Below, one piece after another: positions 17,471 through 26,757 of a stretch of DNA of 38,390 nucleotides. The position numbers and the translations under genes were made by a program. This DNA is from Nanobdellota archaeon (GTDB lineage Archaea; Nanobdellota; Nanobdellia; Pacearchaeales; GW2011-AR1). The stretch lies in contig DAOWJK010000011.1 of assembly GCA_030640395.1 (NCBI GenBank), positions 1 through 38,390 on the forward strand, read 5' to 3'. The stretch's first letter is position 1; the number at the start of each line of letters is the position of its first letter. The notes under the pieces are model-generated. The model did no database searches and was not told the DNA's origin. It worked only from the letters and a program-made list of their open reading frames with translations.

Positions 17471-18310
17471 TTATTTAATGAACCTAACATCAATTTTCTT
17501 TTTCTCATCAATCTCAATTATCACTGCCTTGCCTTCATAAGCAGGACCAATCGCGACTATTTTTGTCTTCCCGAGTTTTTTCATTCCCTGATATTCATGC
17601 ATATGTCCGCATAAAAATAATTTTGGTTGGTATTTTTTTATATATTTTGTAAAATATTTATCTCCAATATGTTTTTCATTTAAAGGACTTTGTTTATTAT
17701 TAATTTTATCAAAATAACCATAAGGAACATCATGTCCAATAAAAATAACACCATTATAATTTTTTAATCTATAAAAAATTTTTTTCAATCTATTATCCCA
17801 TTTTTTATTTAAAGTTTTTATTTTTTTATTTTTATTTTTATCAAGTTTAATAAAACCTTTTGCACTTGCTCCACGATAACCTGAAAACCCTGCTAAAACA
17901 AAATTATTAATTTTTTTAAAATTAGTTTTTAATAGTCTTATATTCAAAATCCTACATTGATATTCTAACCCTTTTAACCCAAATTCTTTCATTTCATTAT
18001 CTAAACTATCAGCATTACCATAAATTGCAATTATTGGTTTACCTAACAATGTCAATTCTTTTAAAATTTTAAACTGGGATTTAATCGCTTTTCTTTCAAG
18101 TTCTTTATATTTCTTTTTTCCAATAATCTCAATCAAACTTTTATTCTTAATCTCATTCCAATATTTAAAATTAAGATTTCTCATTTTAGAAGTATCTGCA
18201 TAATCCCCCAATCCAACAATCAAATCAACATCCTCTTTTTTTATTTTATTTTTCAACTTCTCAGTAAACTTTCCATGAAAATCTCCTATTGCTAATATTC
18301 TCATAACCAT
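17471..18310 (-). CDS. Calcineurin-like metallophosphoesterase
   Basis: IGDFHG, GLGDY, YGNAD, GHDVP, CGHMHE. Confidence 0.9.
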   Translation of the reverse strand: MVMRILAIGDFHGKFTEKLKNKIKKEDVDLIVGLGDYADTSKMRNLNFKYWNEIKNKSLIEIIGKKKYKELERKAIKSQFKILKELTLLGKPIIAIYGNADSLDNEMKEFGLKGLEYQCRILNIRLLKTNFKKINNFVLAGFSGYRGASAKGFIKLDKNKNKKIKTLNKKWDNRLKKIFYRLKNYNGVIFIGHDVPYGYFDKINNKQSPLNEKHIGDKYFTKYIKKYQPKLFLCGHMHEYQGMKKLGKTKIVAIGPAYEGKAVIIEIDEKKKIDVRFIK

Positions 18311-18353
18311 TCCAAGAAATCTTAATTTAAAAACTTAAGGTGTTAATCTATCC

Positions 18354-18406
18354 CTGCGTCAAGTTACGCCTTGATGCAATGACGACTCAGGGAGTGAGTC
18401 GGTCTT
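18354..18406 (-). repeat. About 52-nt double-hairpin insert between two encodings of the aspS C-terminus
   Basis: + strand TGCGTCAAG-TTACGC-CTTGATGCA then GACGACTCA-GGGAG-TGAGTCGGTC; a second RDRLTP-stop lies at 18335-18355. Confidence 0.75.
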
Positions 18407-19742
18407 TATCCCTCGGAAACAAAACAGCTTCTCTAATATTTGGTAAACCCAAAAGAGCTTGTGTAAATCTTTCGATTCCAATACTCCATCCTGCATGAGG
18501 CGGAGCACCAAATTTAAAACTATCAATATAATTTTTGAAATCCTTTGGATTCAAACCATTTGCCTTCAACCTCTTTTCCAAAAGTTCAGGAATATGAATC
18601 CTCTGCCCCCCTGAACTAATCTCCATTCCTTTGTAAATAGCATCAAAACCTTCGCTCAATTCTGCATCTGCTTTTTCCGCTTTACTTTGACCACGCTTGG
18701 ACGAAGTACGTAAGGATTCCTGTCCTTGCTTTGGCATAATATAAAACGGCTTTCCTTTCATAGGCCAATCATAAACAAAAACAAGCGTGTCTGAAAACAA
18801 CTCATCAAGTTTTCTCTCTGCCTCACCAGTTAAATCATCATCCCCAATTTTAACCTTATGTTTTTTCATCAGCTCAGCAACTTCCTTAAATGTCATATAC
18901 TTTGTCTTCGGCACTTTCAACTTAACCCCCAGCAAATCCAACTCTGCCTTATTCTTTTTAATAACTTCCCCGACAATATATTTCACAACACCTTCCATTT
19001 CCTTTAAAACAATTTTCGCATCTGCAAAAGCCATCTCAATATCCATCTGCCGACACTCATTCAAATGCCGAACAGTGTTGTGCTTTTCTGCTCTCCAAAC
19101 AGGAGTAATAGTCACAATATTCTCCATGGCACACGCAAGCATCTGCTTATACAACTGCGGACTCTGTGCAAGATAAATTTTCTTCTCAAAATACTTCACC
19201 TCAAACAACTCAGTCCCGCCTTCAGAACTCGCACTAATCAGCGAAGGCAACTGCACATCAATAAAACCCTTATCCACAAAATAATTCTTAAAAGCCGAAC
19301 CAATCGTGGACTGAATTTTAAAAATCGCCTGAGTCCTGGTCCTGTGCAAATCCAAACATCTCCAGTCCAGTCTCTTCGGCAACTCTGTCTTTGAATGTTC
19401 AGAAACATCAATCACCAGCTCCTCTGCAAAACTCAAAACTTCAAATTCCTCCGGAACAATTTCCCTGCCTCCGGGCGCCTGCTTTGAATCTTTCACAAAA
19501 CCCTTAACATAAACAACAGACTCTCGCGAAACATTATCCATGCTCTTAAAAATTTTATCATCAACTTTTCCTTTCACAGCAGTAATCTGAATAATTCCGG
19601 AAACATCCCTTAACAAAAGAAACCTAATCTTCCCAAGCCCCCGAGTATTATGCACCCAGCCAGCAACCTCAACTCTTTTAGATTTCAAATTAAAAACATC
19701 TTTGACAAGAACTCTTTTCTCATTTAATTTTTTTAAATTCAT
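18387..19742 (-). CDS. aspS: Aspartyl-tRNA synthetase, probably non-discriminating
   Basis: GWVH, LRD, LAQSPQLYKQM, WRAE...RHLNE, EISSGGQRIH, PPHAG..IGIER, FPRD..RLTP; His and Pro in the anticodon-binding domain. Confidence 0.96.
   Translation of the reverse strand: MNLKKLNEKRVLVKDVFNLKSKRVEVAGWVHNTRGLGKIRFLLLRDVSGIIQITAVKGKVDDKIFKSMDNVSRESVVYVKGFVKDSKQAPGGREIVPEEFEVLSFAEELVIDVSEHSKTELPKRLDWRCLDLHRTRTQAIFKIQSTIGSAFKNYFVDKGFIDVQLPSLISASSEGGTELFEVKYFEKKIYLAQSPQLYKQMLACAMENIVTITPVWRAEKHNTVRHLNECRQMDIEMAFADAKIVLKEMEGVVKYIVGEVIKKNKAELDLLGVKLKVPKTKYMTFKEVAELMKKHKVKIGDDDLTGEAERKLDELFSDTLVFVYDWPMKGKPFYIMPKQGQESLRTSSKRGQSKAEKADAELSEGFDAIYKGMEISSGGQRIHIPELLEKRLKANGLNPKDFKNYIDSFKFGAPPHAGWSIGIERFTQALLGLPNIREAVLFPRDKDRLTP
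18683..18730 (-). mobile_element. In-frame double-hairpin insert (about 48 nt) inside aspS; divergent relative of the main family
   Basis: + strand TACTTTG-ACCA-CGCT-TGGA-CGAAGTA-C-GTAAGGA-TTCCTG-TCCTTGC with GTAC at the hairpin junction; encodes QGQESLRTSSKRGQSK. Confidence 0.7.
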
Positions 19743-19759
19743 AATTATAAGAAAAATCT

Positions 19760-20080
19760 TTAATATTTAAATCTTCGTTCATAGGTTTTGTGGTCCATCC
19801 ATTCAAGAATAATCGAAAACACAATTAAATTTTTTCCTTCAACACTATAAAGCAATCTCCATGCTCCAGGAAGATTATATTTCCACACATTTCGAATATT
19901 AAATCTTTGGATATATTCCTTAGGAATTAATCTTTTAGGAACCTGAATTCCACAAAACACATTCTCTTCAATATCTTCAAAAGCCCTGCAAATAAAAGAA
20001 TACAATTTTTCATCGCTATTTTTCAATCTTTCAAACGACTTTTTTATTTTATCAGTAGCAAATTGTATTTCACTATTCAT
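19760..20080 (-). CDS. RelE/ParE-superfamily toxin-like protein
   Basis: GIQVPKRLIPKEY, NVWKYNLPGAWRLLYSV, WMDHKTYERRF. Confidence 0.75.
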   Translation of the reverse strand: MNSEIQFATDKIKKSFERLKNSDEKLYSFICRAFEDIEENVFCGIQVPKRLIPKEYIQRFNIRNVWKYNLPGAWRLLYSVEGKNLIVFSIILEWMDHKTYERRFKY

Positions 20081-20367
20081 CTTTTTCTCCAGAATAAATG
20101 TGTTTCTTTTAATCTTTTTTCAACATCATCCGGATAAAAAATCCACCCTATTTTTCCTTCTGCATCTACAGAAATCTTTCTAGATAAAATCAAATAATCT
20201 ATAATCACACTAAATGTTTGATACATCATTTTTTTTTGTAAATGCAACCAAAGCTGTTTCTTTCTAAATTCTCCGTCATATTTTTTTATATATTCTTCAA
20301 CAAAAAGCACAGTGTCAAGACGGGGAAATCTTGCAGAAGGATTTTCTTTTCTAAGTAGTTTTAACAT
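20077..20367 (-). CDS. Putative antitoxin / winged-helix regulator
   Basis: PRLDTV..VEE.I, LW..L.KKMMYQTF..IIDYL..S.KI; ATGA overlap with the toxin-like gene. Confidence 0.65.
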   Translation of the reverse strand: MLKLLRKENPSARFPRLDTVLFVEEYIKKYDGEFRKKQLWLHLQKKMMYQTFSVIIDYLILSRKISVDAEGKIGWIFYPDDVEKRLKETHLFWRKR

Positions 20368-20372
20368 AGTTA

Positions 20373-20384
20373 TATCAATTGATA
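20373..20384. promoter_or_regulatory. Perfect 12-bp palindrome TATCAATTGATA, putative operator
   Basis: Lies between the TATA box (20389-20396) and the ATG at 20367 of the putative TA operon. Confidence 0.6.
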
Positions 20385-20463
20385 CACCTTTATAAATTTT
20401 ACTAAAAAAATTATTTATTAACTTATTTGAAATTACACTCTATACAAAGTGTTCATTTTATCC

Positions 20464-21525
20464 TCAACCAAACAATTTTCTAAACCAATTAAGAATCTTT
20501 TTTATCAAACCCTCGCTGATACATTCGTTAGAAATACACACATTGCTTTTGCATTCAAAATTATTATGGCATGTTTCTTTTTTATCCTCTTGCTCAACAA
20601 AATTACCATCAGGAGCACAATATCTCTTTGAAGTTCTATAACCAATTGGATAGCATTTATCATCTAACTCACAACCACCACAAAAATGCACAACTTCCCC
20701 TTCTTCTTCAAACTCCCCATCACAGTTAGGTTTATCTTTCCAAATTCCACCCTGACTTTCACATAAAAATTGAGAAATACCTTCAATACAACTTTCTTCT
20801 TGTCTGCACACTCCCCTGCAATATGAAGCTAATTTACAAAATGTTAAAGATTTCCGATAATTAGAATCGCAATTTGATTCAATAGTATCCTGACACCAAT
20901 TCCCTATTTTTGTTTTCTCACAACAATAAGTTTCTATTTCCTTTGATTCAGATTCTCCAACAATTACTCTTATACAAGCACCGTCTTTACAACCGTCTGG
21001 ACAATAATAATTATCATAATTATGCTCTGGATATCTGGAATCACAAAATTTTTCTTGTAAAAAATAATCATCTAAACAAAAATCAACTTCAGTAGTTCCA
21101 TCAACAGTTATCATACCTTTAACATAATAATCTAATCCTCCATCAGAATCTATACATTGATTATTTTCAACCTTTTCTGTTTCATCTTTGAGGTACATAC
21201 AAAAATCTATGTGGGTCGGGACAACATGCGTTCCAGTATCCTGACCCAATTTCATAATTGTCCTTCCATCGTCAAGTGTAAATTCCCCATTAGTTTGGCT
21301 TTCATAACTTACCCCATTAATAGTTATGTTTAACAAATCTATATTGGGAGAAATTCCACCAACCTTTCTTCCAAAAATTTCGTAATCTTCTCCATTAAAA
21401 GCATAAATAAAATTTTCCATATGATCCAATAATGGAATCACCTCCTTAGGTTCACAAGTAGCACTAACAACCCCTCCAACAATCAACACAAAAATCAATC
21501 CAATTAACAAAATAAATTTTTTCAT
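20464..21525 (-). CDS. Secreted Cys-rich surface protein
   Basis: Signal peptide; C.DSDGG.DYY.KG...D.C module, CCEKT..G.WC module, C.GC.L...CYP.GYR module; amphipathic tail KILNWFRKLFG. Confidence 0.85.
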   Translation of the reverse strand: MKKFILLIGLIFVLIVGGVVSATCEPKEVIPLLDHMENFIYAFNGEDYEIFGRKVGGISPNIDLLNITINGVSYESQTNGEFTLDDGRTIMKLGQDTGTHVVPTHIDFCMYLKDETEKVENNQCIDSDGGLDYYVKGMITVDGTTEVDFCLDDYFLQEKFCDSRYPEHNYDNYYCPDGCKDGACIRVIVGESESKEIETYCCEKTKIGNWCQDTIESNCDSNYRKSLTFCKLASYCRGVCRQEESCIEGISQFLCESQGGIWKDKPNCDGEFEEEGEVVHFCGGCELDDKCYPIGYRTSKRYCAPDGNFVEQEDKKETCHNNFECKSNVCISNECISEGLIKKILNWFRKLFG

Positions 21526-21560
21526 AACCCTCTTAATAAAACATTATTTAAAAAACTTTC

Positions 21561-23036
21561 TCATTCCAAAAACCTCTTTATAATCCCCATCGCCTCTCTC
21601 CCATCAACTTTCCCGGCAAACTTCTTCATTACCAATCCCATGTAAGCTTTCTCAGAAAGCCCGGGCTTGCCCTTGATAATTTTCATGATTTTTTCCTCAA
21701 CATTTCCTAAATCTGCTTTTTCAAACTTGACCGCACTGCTAACATCAACTCCCCTGGCAATTCTCTCTAAACTTTCCTTTATCTGCCTCTCGCTAATTTT
21801 CCCTTTTTTATATTTCTCCAAAACAAATGCAAGAATATCTTTGTTGCCCTCTATGTTTATATCTCCTTTCATAGAGGGTACACCCTTGGGTGCTGAAATA
21901 TTTTTAATCTTCCGCGCAATCTCTTTCGGAAATATCAAAACCACTTTCGCAATTAATTTTGGGTTGCTCACAATCTCCAGCAACTCCCTAAACTCCCCAA
22001 GTTTATTCATTTTGAAAATCAACTTTATCATCTCATGATTTAATCCCTTGCTGCTCAGTTCCTCTTCAATATCTTTTCTCAATCTGGGAAGATTCTTCTT
22101 AACTTTATTAATTAAATCTCTGGAAATCCTCAGCATCGGTAAATCAGTTTCAGGATACATCCTCGCTGAACCAGGCAGAGGTCTCAAAAAACTCGTGGTT
22201 GTGTCAGGATTTCCTCTCCGAACTTCTGCAACAGACTTTTTCTTTTTAACTAAATCAACCTGCCTTTCAATTTCGTTATTAATCGTAGGAACAATTAATT
22301 TTAAATTCTGAACACCTTTCATCTCAATTCTCTTCCCATTCTTAATAGAAATACTAACATCCTGCCGAATCGTGCCAATTCCCCGACGAACTCTGCAACT
22401 TCTCAAAATCTCCCCAATCTTCAGGCTGACATTCCTGGCCTGTTCAGGAGTTTTAATATCCGGAGCAGTCACAATTTCAACAAGAGGAATCCCCAACCTG
22501 TCCAGCCGATAAATTGTTTCGTCATCTTTTCGCTCCACAATCCTCGCAGCATCTTCCTCAAGAATCACGGCATTAATTCCAACTCTTCCTTCATCTGTCT
22601 CAACATAGCCATCCTGCGCAATTAAAACAGTCCTCTGAAAACCCGAAGTATTTGAACCATCAATAACAGTTTTTCTCATAATTTGTGTTATCGGAACAAT
22701 CTTGCAATTCAGCAAAAGCGAAATCTGCAAGGCAATCTCCAGCGCATCCTTATTTATCTCATGCGGCGGCTCCTCATCCAACTCAACAAGACAAGTTGTA
22801 TCATACCCCTGATAAACAAATTGCTTATCTTTTCCCATCTCATGTTTCGCCGCAACATCAACCTCTCCAGACTCTCCTGCAACAGCATGAAGTTTTCTCC
22901 TCACAATAAAATCAGGCTCGTCTTTCCTTAACAGCGACAGACAATTACAAAATAATTTTTTAGTGTCAAGTTGCTGATGAATCTCAAGCCCGCATTTAAA
23001 TCCTAATTTTTCGTAATCTAATTTTTCTTTTGACAT
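21561..23036 (-). CDS. gatE: Glu-tRNA(Gln) amidotransferase subunit E (short form)
   Basis: GLEIHQQL, KLFC, ELDEEPPH, MRK.VIDGSNTSGFQRT, LDRLGIPLVEI, GIGTIRQD, RPLPG.ARMYPETD. Confidence 0.96.
   Translation of the reverse strand: MSKEKLDYEKLGFKCGLEIHQQLDTKKLFCNCLSLLRKDEPDFIVRRKLHAVAGESGEVDVAAKHEMGKDKQFVYQGYDTTCLVELDEEPPHEINKDALEIALQISLLLNCKIVPITQIMRKTVIDGSNTSGFQRTVLIAQDGYVETDEGRVGINAVILEEDAARIVERKDDETIYRLDRLGIPLVEIVTAPDIKTPEQARNVSLKIGEILRSCRVRRGIGTIRQDVSISIKNGKRIEMKGVQNLKLIVPTINNEIERQVDLVKKKKSVAEVRRGNPDTTTSFLRPLPGSARMYPETDLPMLRISRDLINKVKKNLPRLRKDIEEELSSKGLNHEMIKLIFKMNKLGEFRELLEIVSNPKLIAKVVLIFPKEIARKIKNISAPKGVPSMKGDINIEGNKDILAFVLEKYKKGKISERQIKESLERIARGVDVSSAVKFEKADLGNVEEKIMKIIKGKPGLSEKAYMGLVMKKFAGKVDGREAMGIIKRFLE
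21845..21892 (-). mobile_element. In-frame double-hairpin insertion (48 nt) in gatE
   Basis: + strand TGCCCTCTATG-14 nt-CATAGAGGGTAC-ACCC-TT-GGGTG; 46/48 identical to 32422-32469. Confidence 0.92.
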
Positions 23037-23122
23037 AAGAAGAAGAAAGAAAAAGGATTAATAAAAGTTTAGGATTACTCAAGTGCTATCCATATAGTAA
23101 ATAAAAAAAATAGTTATTAAAA

Positions 23123-23932
23123 TTAATGCATAGTCTCCTCAATTCTGGCGATGTTTTCTTCATAACGATCTTTTTCAAAAGAGCCCATATCATCAGAAAT
23201 AAGCCTTGATGCTAAACAAAGGTCATAAATATCTTTACTTAATTTGTAGGTACTAAATCTCTCTCTTGTATAAGGTTCTTTCTCCTCAAGTTTCCTCTGC
23301 ATTCTTAAAAGGCCCTTTCCCATTTCTGTAAGAGGCATAGAAGCCAAAGTTCCCCAATTTCCTTTTTTAGCATTCTCAATTAAAGAGGAATAAATAGGAC
23401 CAACAAGCTCTTCTCTATCAGTTCCGTAGATAGTTGCTCTTCTAATCTTTAAAGGAAGAATTTCTTCAAGAGAAGCAGTTTTTACAGGAAGATTTTGAGA
23501 ATTATATTCAATATCTTTAGAAAAATTTATTTGTTTTTTAATATAATCCATAAAAGCATCATAATACTTTGGATTAAATTTAGTCCAGTGCATAAGAAAA
23601 ATTTGTTGATCCTTCTTATTCATATTTTTAATAATTTTTGCAGCATGATTCCCTCTCCCTCTTTTTGGAAAAAGGTGATATCCTTGTCCCTTAATAAAAG
23701 GATATACTTCTTGAAAAGCACCTTGTCTAAAATCATCGAAGCTTAAATCAGAAAGAACAAGAAGATCTACATCAGATGTTTTTCTTAGTATTTTTTCTCT
23801 TTCAGAACCATGAAGTTGGATAGCTAAACCTCCTACAACAACAGGCTTCTCACTAACAACATGCAAACTATCTAAACAATCTCTCACAATTTTATCATTT
23901 ATTCCAAAATAACATTCTCCGCGTTTTACCAT
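23123..23932 (-). CDS. Nucleotidyltransferase-fold protein (AbiEii/MNT-like)
   Basis: VVVGGLAIQLH, R.TSDVDL, ASLEEILPLK, KDIYDL. Confidence 0.7.
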   Translation of the reverse strand: MVKRGECYFGINDKIVRDCLDSLHVVSEKPVVVGGLAIQLHGSEREKILRKTSDVDLLVLSDLSFDDFRQGAFQEVYPFIKGQGYHLFPKRGRGNHAAKIIKNMNKKDQQIFLMHWTKFNPKYYDAFMDYIKKQINFSKDIEYNSQNLPVKTASLEEILPLKIRRATIYGTDREELVGPIYSSLIENAKKGNWGTLASMPLTEMGKGLLRMQRKLEEKEPYTRERFSTYKLSKDIYDLCLASRLISDDMGSFEKDRYEENIARIEETMH

Positions 23933-24048
23933 ACAAATTTAATCTTCTCCTTATATAAAAATCTTTCTATTTCTCACCCCTTCTCAGTTACAACACATTA
24001 CTCCTCAAAACCAATAACATTTAAAACTGCCTAATACAATTAAATCAT

Positions 24049-24450
24049 ATGAAAAAAGAGGCAAAACATCGCAAAGACCTTCCGCATATTTTTAGAGTTC
24101 CAAAAACACTCGGGCAAAAAGCAGCAGACTGGATTGCAAAATGGGCAGGAAGCTGGACATTCATAATTCTCTTTTTTATTTTTATCGGCGTATGGATGAC
24201 AACAAATGGATACTTTTTATTAAAATATGTCAAAGAGGGCGTGATAGACCCTTATCCATTTATCTTATTAAATCTGGCACTATCTTGTTTAGCAGCAATC
24301 CAGGCTCCAGTTATTTTAATGTCCCAAAACAGGCAGGCACAAAGAGACAGAATAAAAATAGATTATGATTACCATATAAACAAAAAAGCAGAAAAAGAAA
24401 TTAGAGAAATTAAAAATTTGTTATTAAATCAAAGAAGAAGGAAGAAGTGA
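24049..24450 (+). CDS. DUF1003 membrane protein
   Basis: GQKAAD.IA.WAGSWTFI, DPYPFILLNL.LSCLAAIQAPVILMSQNRQ..RDR. Confidence 0.93.
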   Translation: MKKEAKHRKDLPHIFRVPKTLGQKAADWIAKWAGSWTFIILFFIFIGVWMTTNGYFLLKYVKEGVIDPYPFILLNLALSCLAAIQAPVILMSQNRQAQRDRIKIDYDYHINKKAEKEIREIKNLLLNQRRRKK

Positions 24451-24459
24451 AAAAATTAA

Positions 24460-24897
24460 TTAAATGTATTTCCCTCTGGATTGGCTCTCAAAATTTTCAA
24501 AAAACTTTTTCATCCTTTGATATGTTTTGAATTCATTTTCATTTGTTGGTATAACTTCTCTTTCTGAAATTTGCCTAAGAATTCTTTCATACTCTTTTAA
24601 TTCTGTGGCTAAATCCTTAGTATTGTCAACAAAAACAATCCCTTCCAAAGATTTTCTTCCTAATATAAAAAAACCATAAGCTAAATTTATATCTATAATT
24701 CCCTTAGATTCATCTTCTACAGCAAAATCTCCTGCACCAAATCTTATTTTATGAAGGATATCAATTGGAGACCCAAGAAGAGATTTATATTCTTGTTTTA
24801 AAACATCATTCTTTTCAATATCTTGAAAAAGAATGGAAGTATAATAAGCGACGCTGTTTGAAGGTCCATCAGTGTTCCCAGGCATTGAAAATCCCAT
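24460..24897 (-). CDS. Hypothetical protein
   Basis: 145-aa ORF; no recognisable motif. Confidence 0.65.
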   Translation of the reverse strand: MGFSMPGNTDGPSNSVAYYTSILFQDIEKNDVLKQEYKSLLGSPIDILHKIRFGAGDFAVEDESKGIIDINLAYGFFILGRKSLEGIVFVDNTKDLATELKEYERILRQISEREVIPTNENEFKTYQRMKKFFENFESQSRGKYI

Positions 24898-24943
24898 GCC
24901 CTAAAAAGTCTTTGTAAGTTAATAAATATTTATATACTCTAAT

Positions 24944-26221
24944 TCACATCTCCAACCTATCACTCAACTCTCCAGCAAAATTTTCTAACATTTTTTCTCT
25001 AACAATTTTTTTATCCTTTGCCCAGTCTGCGTGACCCAAAACCCAGCCAAGTTTTATCAAGGCTGTTTCACTTAACATATCCTCTAAATAAATAATTCCT
25101 GTTTTCATCAGCTCTCTTCCATTAGAATAAACCAACGGGTCAAGCCGCCCATAAATTGTCTGGGCAGCAGCGCAAACAACCAAACCTTTTTCCTGAACCT
25201 GTTTAAGTTTTTTTATCCAGCTATTTCTTGCACGTTTTGTCGGAGCATGTCCAAGACCACTCATCTCCAAAACAATGCCCCTGTATTTTTTCTTCAAATA
25301 AAAATCCAAAATATCCGGCTCTTGCCCGGGATAAATCTTAACCAAAGCAACTTTCTCCTCAAACTTTAAATCCAGCTTAACTTTCTTGCCTTTAGTTGTA
25401 CGAATATTATAATCTGAAATTTTATCAATTCTTTCAGGAAAAATTTTAGCAAAAGGTTTTGCATTTACAACTTTAAAAGCGTCTCTTTTTGAAGTATGCA
25501 TTTTCCTGACTTTTGTTCCGGGCATTGCATAACAAAAATCATCATTTGAAGACCCATGCCCAACAAGCATGACTTCTGCAATATCTGAAATCGCGGCCAA
25601 CGCAGCACACTGCAAATTCAAATTCGCGTCGCTGCTTGCCCTGTCAATACTTCTCTGAGAATAAGTCAAAACAACCGGCTTGTTCAAATTCTCCAAAAAA
25701 AAACTCAACGCCGCAGAAGTATAATGCAAAAAATCAGTTCCATGCGTGACAATCACTCCTTTAATGCTCGGCTCATTCAAAAGTTTCTTAGCACTTCGGG
25801 CAAGTTTCTGCCAGTCCTTGAAATCCATGTCCTCTGACGCTTTCATAAACGGCACCTCAACTTTCACAATATTAACTTTGCCAAAAACACCTGGATAAAA
25901 CTTAAACAAACTCTCAGGAGTATCAAGCCAGTCAACACCTCCTTTCTTCGGATTCAGCCGGGCAGCAATTGTCCCCCCAGTAATAATCATCGCAACATTC
26001 GGTTTATTTTTATCTTTTTTTATCTCAATTTCTTCTTTCTTCTCTAAACCTTTTTCAACAACCTTAATCTCCAAAACATCTTTTTTATTAAATCCAATAT
26101 TATAACCAGAATCCAGTTTAAGCAAAATAATTCCGGGTTCAGGGTTTTCTAAAAGAACTCCCTCATAAATCTGCCTTGTTAAATGAACTCCAACATAATC
26201 CCCGGCAACAGCATTTTTCAT
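24944..26221 (-). CDS. gatD: Glu-tRNA(Gln) amidotransferase subunit D
   Basis: KLDSGYNIG, TGGTIA, HGTD, SQRS.DR.SSD, RKMHTSKRDAF, GLGH, VYSNGR. Confidence 0.96.
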   Translation of the reverse strand: MKNAVAGDYVGVHLTRQIYEGVLLENPEPGIILLKLDSGYNIGFNKKDVLEIKVVEKGLEKKEEIEIKKDKNKPNVAMIITGGTIAARLNPKKGGVDWLDTPESLFKFYPGVFGKVNIVKVEVPFMKASEDMDFKDWQKLARSAKKLLNEPSIKGVIVTHGTDFLHYTSAALSFFLENLNKPVVLTYSQRSIDRASSDANLNLQCAALAAISDIAEVMLVGHGSSNDDFCYAMPGTKVRKMHTSKRDAFKVVNAKPFAKIFPERIDKISDYNIRTTKGKKVKLDLKFEEKVALVKIYPGQEPDILDFYLKKKYRGIVLEMSGLGHAPTKRARNSWIKKLKQVQEKGLVVCAAAQTIYGRLDPLVYSNGRELMKTGIIYLEDMLSETALIKLGWVLGHADWAKDKKIVREKMLENFAGELSDRLEM

Positions 26222-26328
26222 AACAACACAAAAATAATGCAGTATAAAAATATAGTGATGAAAAGCATTATAACTTAATAGTAGTGATAAATAGAAAGAT
26301 TTATAAATAGTTTATTTCTAAAAAGAAT

Positions 26329-26718
26329 ATGAAATACCAAAGCCCAATAATAAAAAAATTAGAACAAGAAAAAAACGAAAAAAATTCCTTAATAAAAAGT
26401 GTTGCTATAGCCGTTACAGTCCCTTTAATTGTTGGAGGGGTTATTGCATGGGAAGTAAATAAATATTTAGAAAAACAAGAACAAGAAGTCACAAATGCTT
26501 TTGCAAAAAATTGCGGTTATAGAATTGTAGATCTTTATAATTATGGAGATTATGAAGGGCAACCAAATGCTATTGCAAGAGAACAATTTAAACAACTAAA
26601 AGAACAATTCCCAGAAAGATTTGCAAAAATCACTGATGATGAAGGTGTTTCTTGGTTAATTGATAATTATAATACAAAACAAGAAGAATTTAACATTCCA
26701 AAATATGACTGTGAATAA
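26329..26718 (+). CDS. Hypothetical single-pass membrane protein
   Basis: TM segment SVAIAVTVPLIVGGVIAW; TATA 21 nt upstream. Confidence 0.7.
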   Translation: MKYQSPIIKKLEQEKNEKNSLIKSVAIAVTVPLIVGGVIAWEVNKYLEKQEQEVTNAFAKNCGYRIVDLYNYGDYEGQPNAIAREQFKQLKEQFPERFAKITDDEGVSWLIDNYNTKQEEFNIPKYDCE

Positions 26719-26757
26719 TTACGCTATCTTTAAAAATCTCTTTCTCTTTAATTATTT

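Noticed and set aside
21855..21872. AAGGAGATATAAACAT in the loop of the gatE and DHH inserts resembles the T7 gene-10 ribosome-binding site
   Set aside because: The match is imperfect, no ATG follows, there is no other vector sequence, and it sits inside a natural-looking hairpin family. It is not evidence of contamination.
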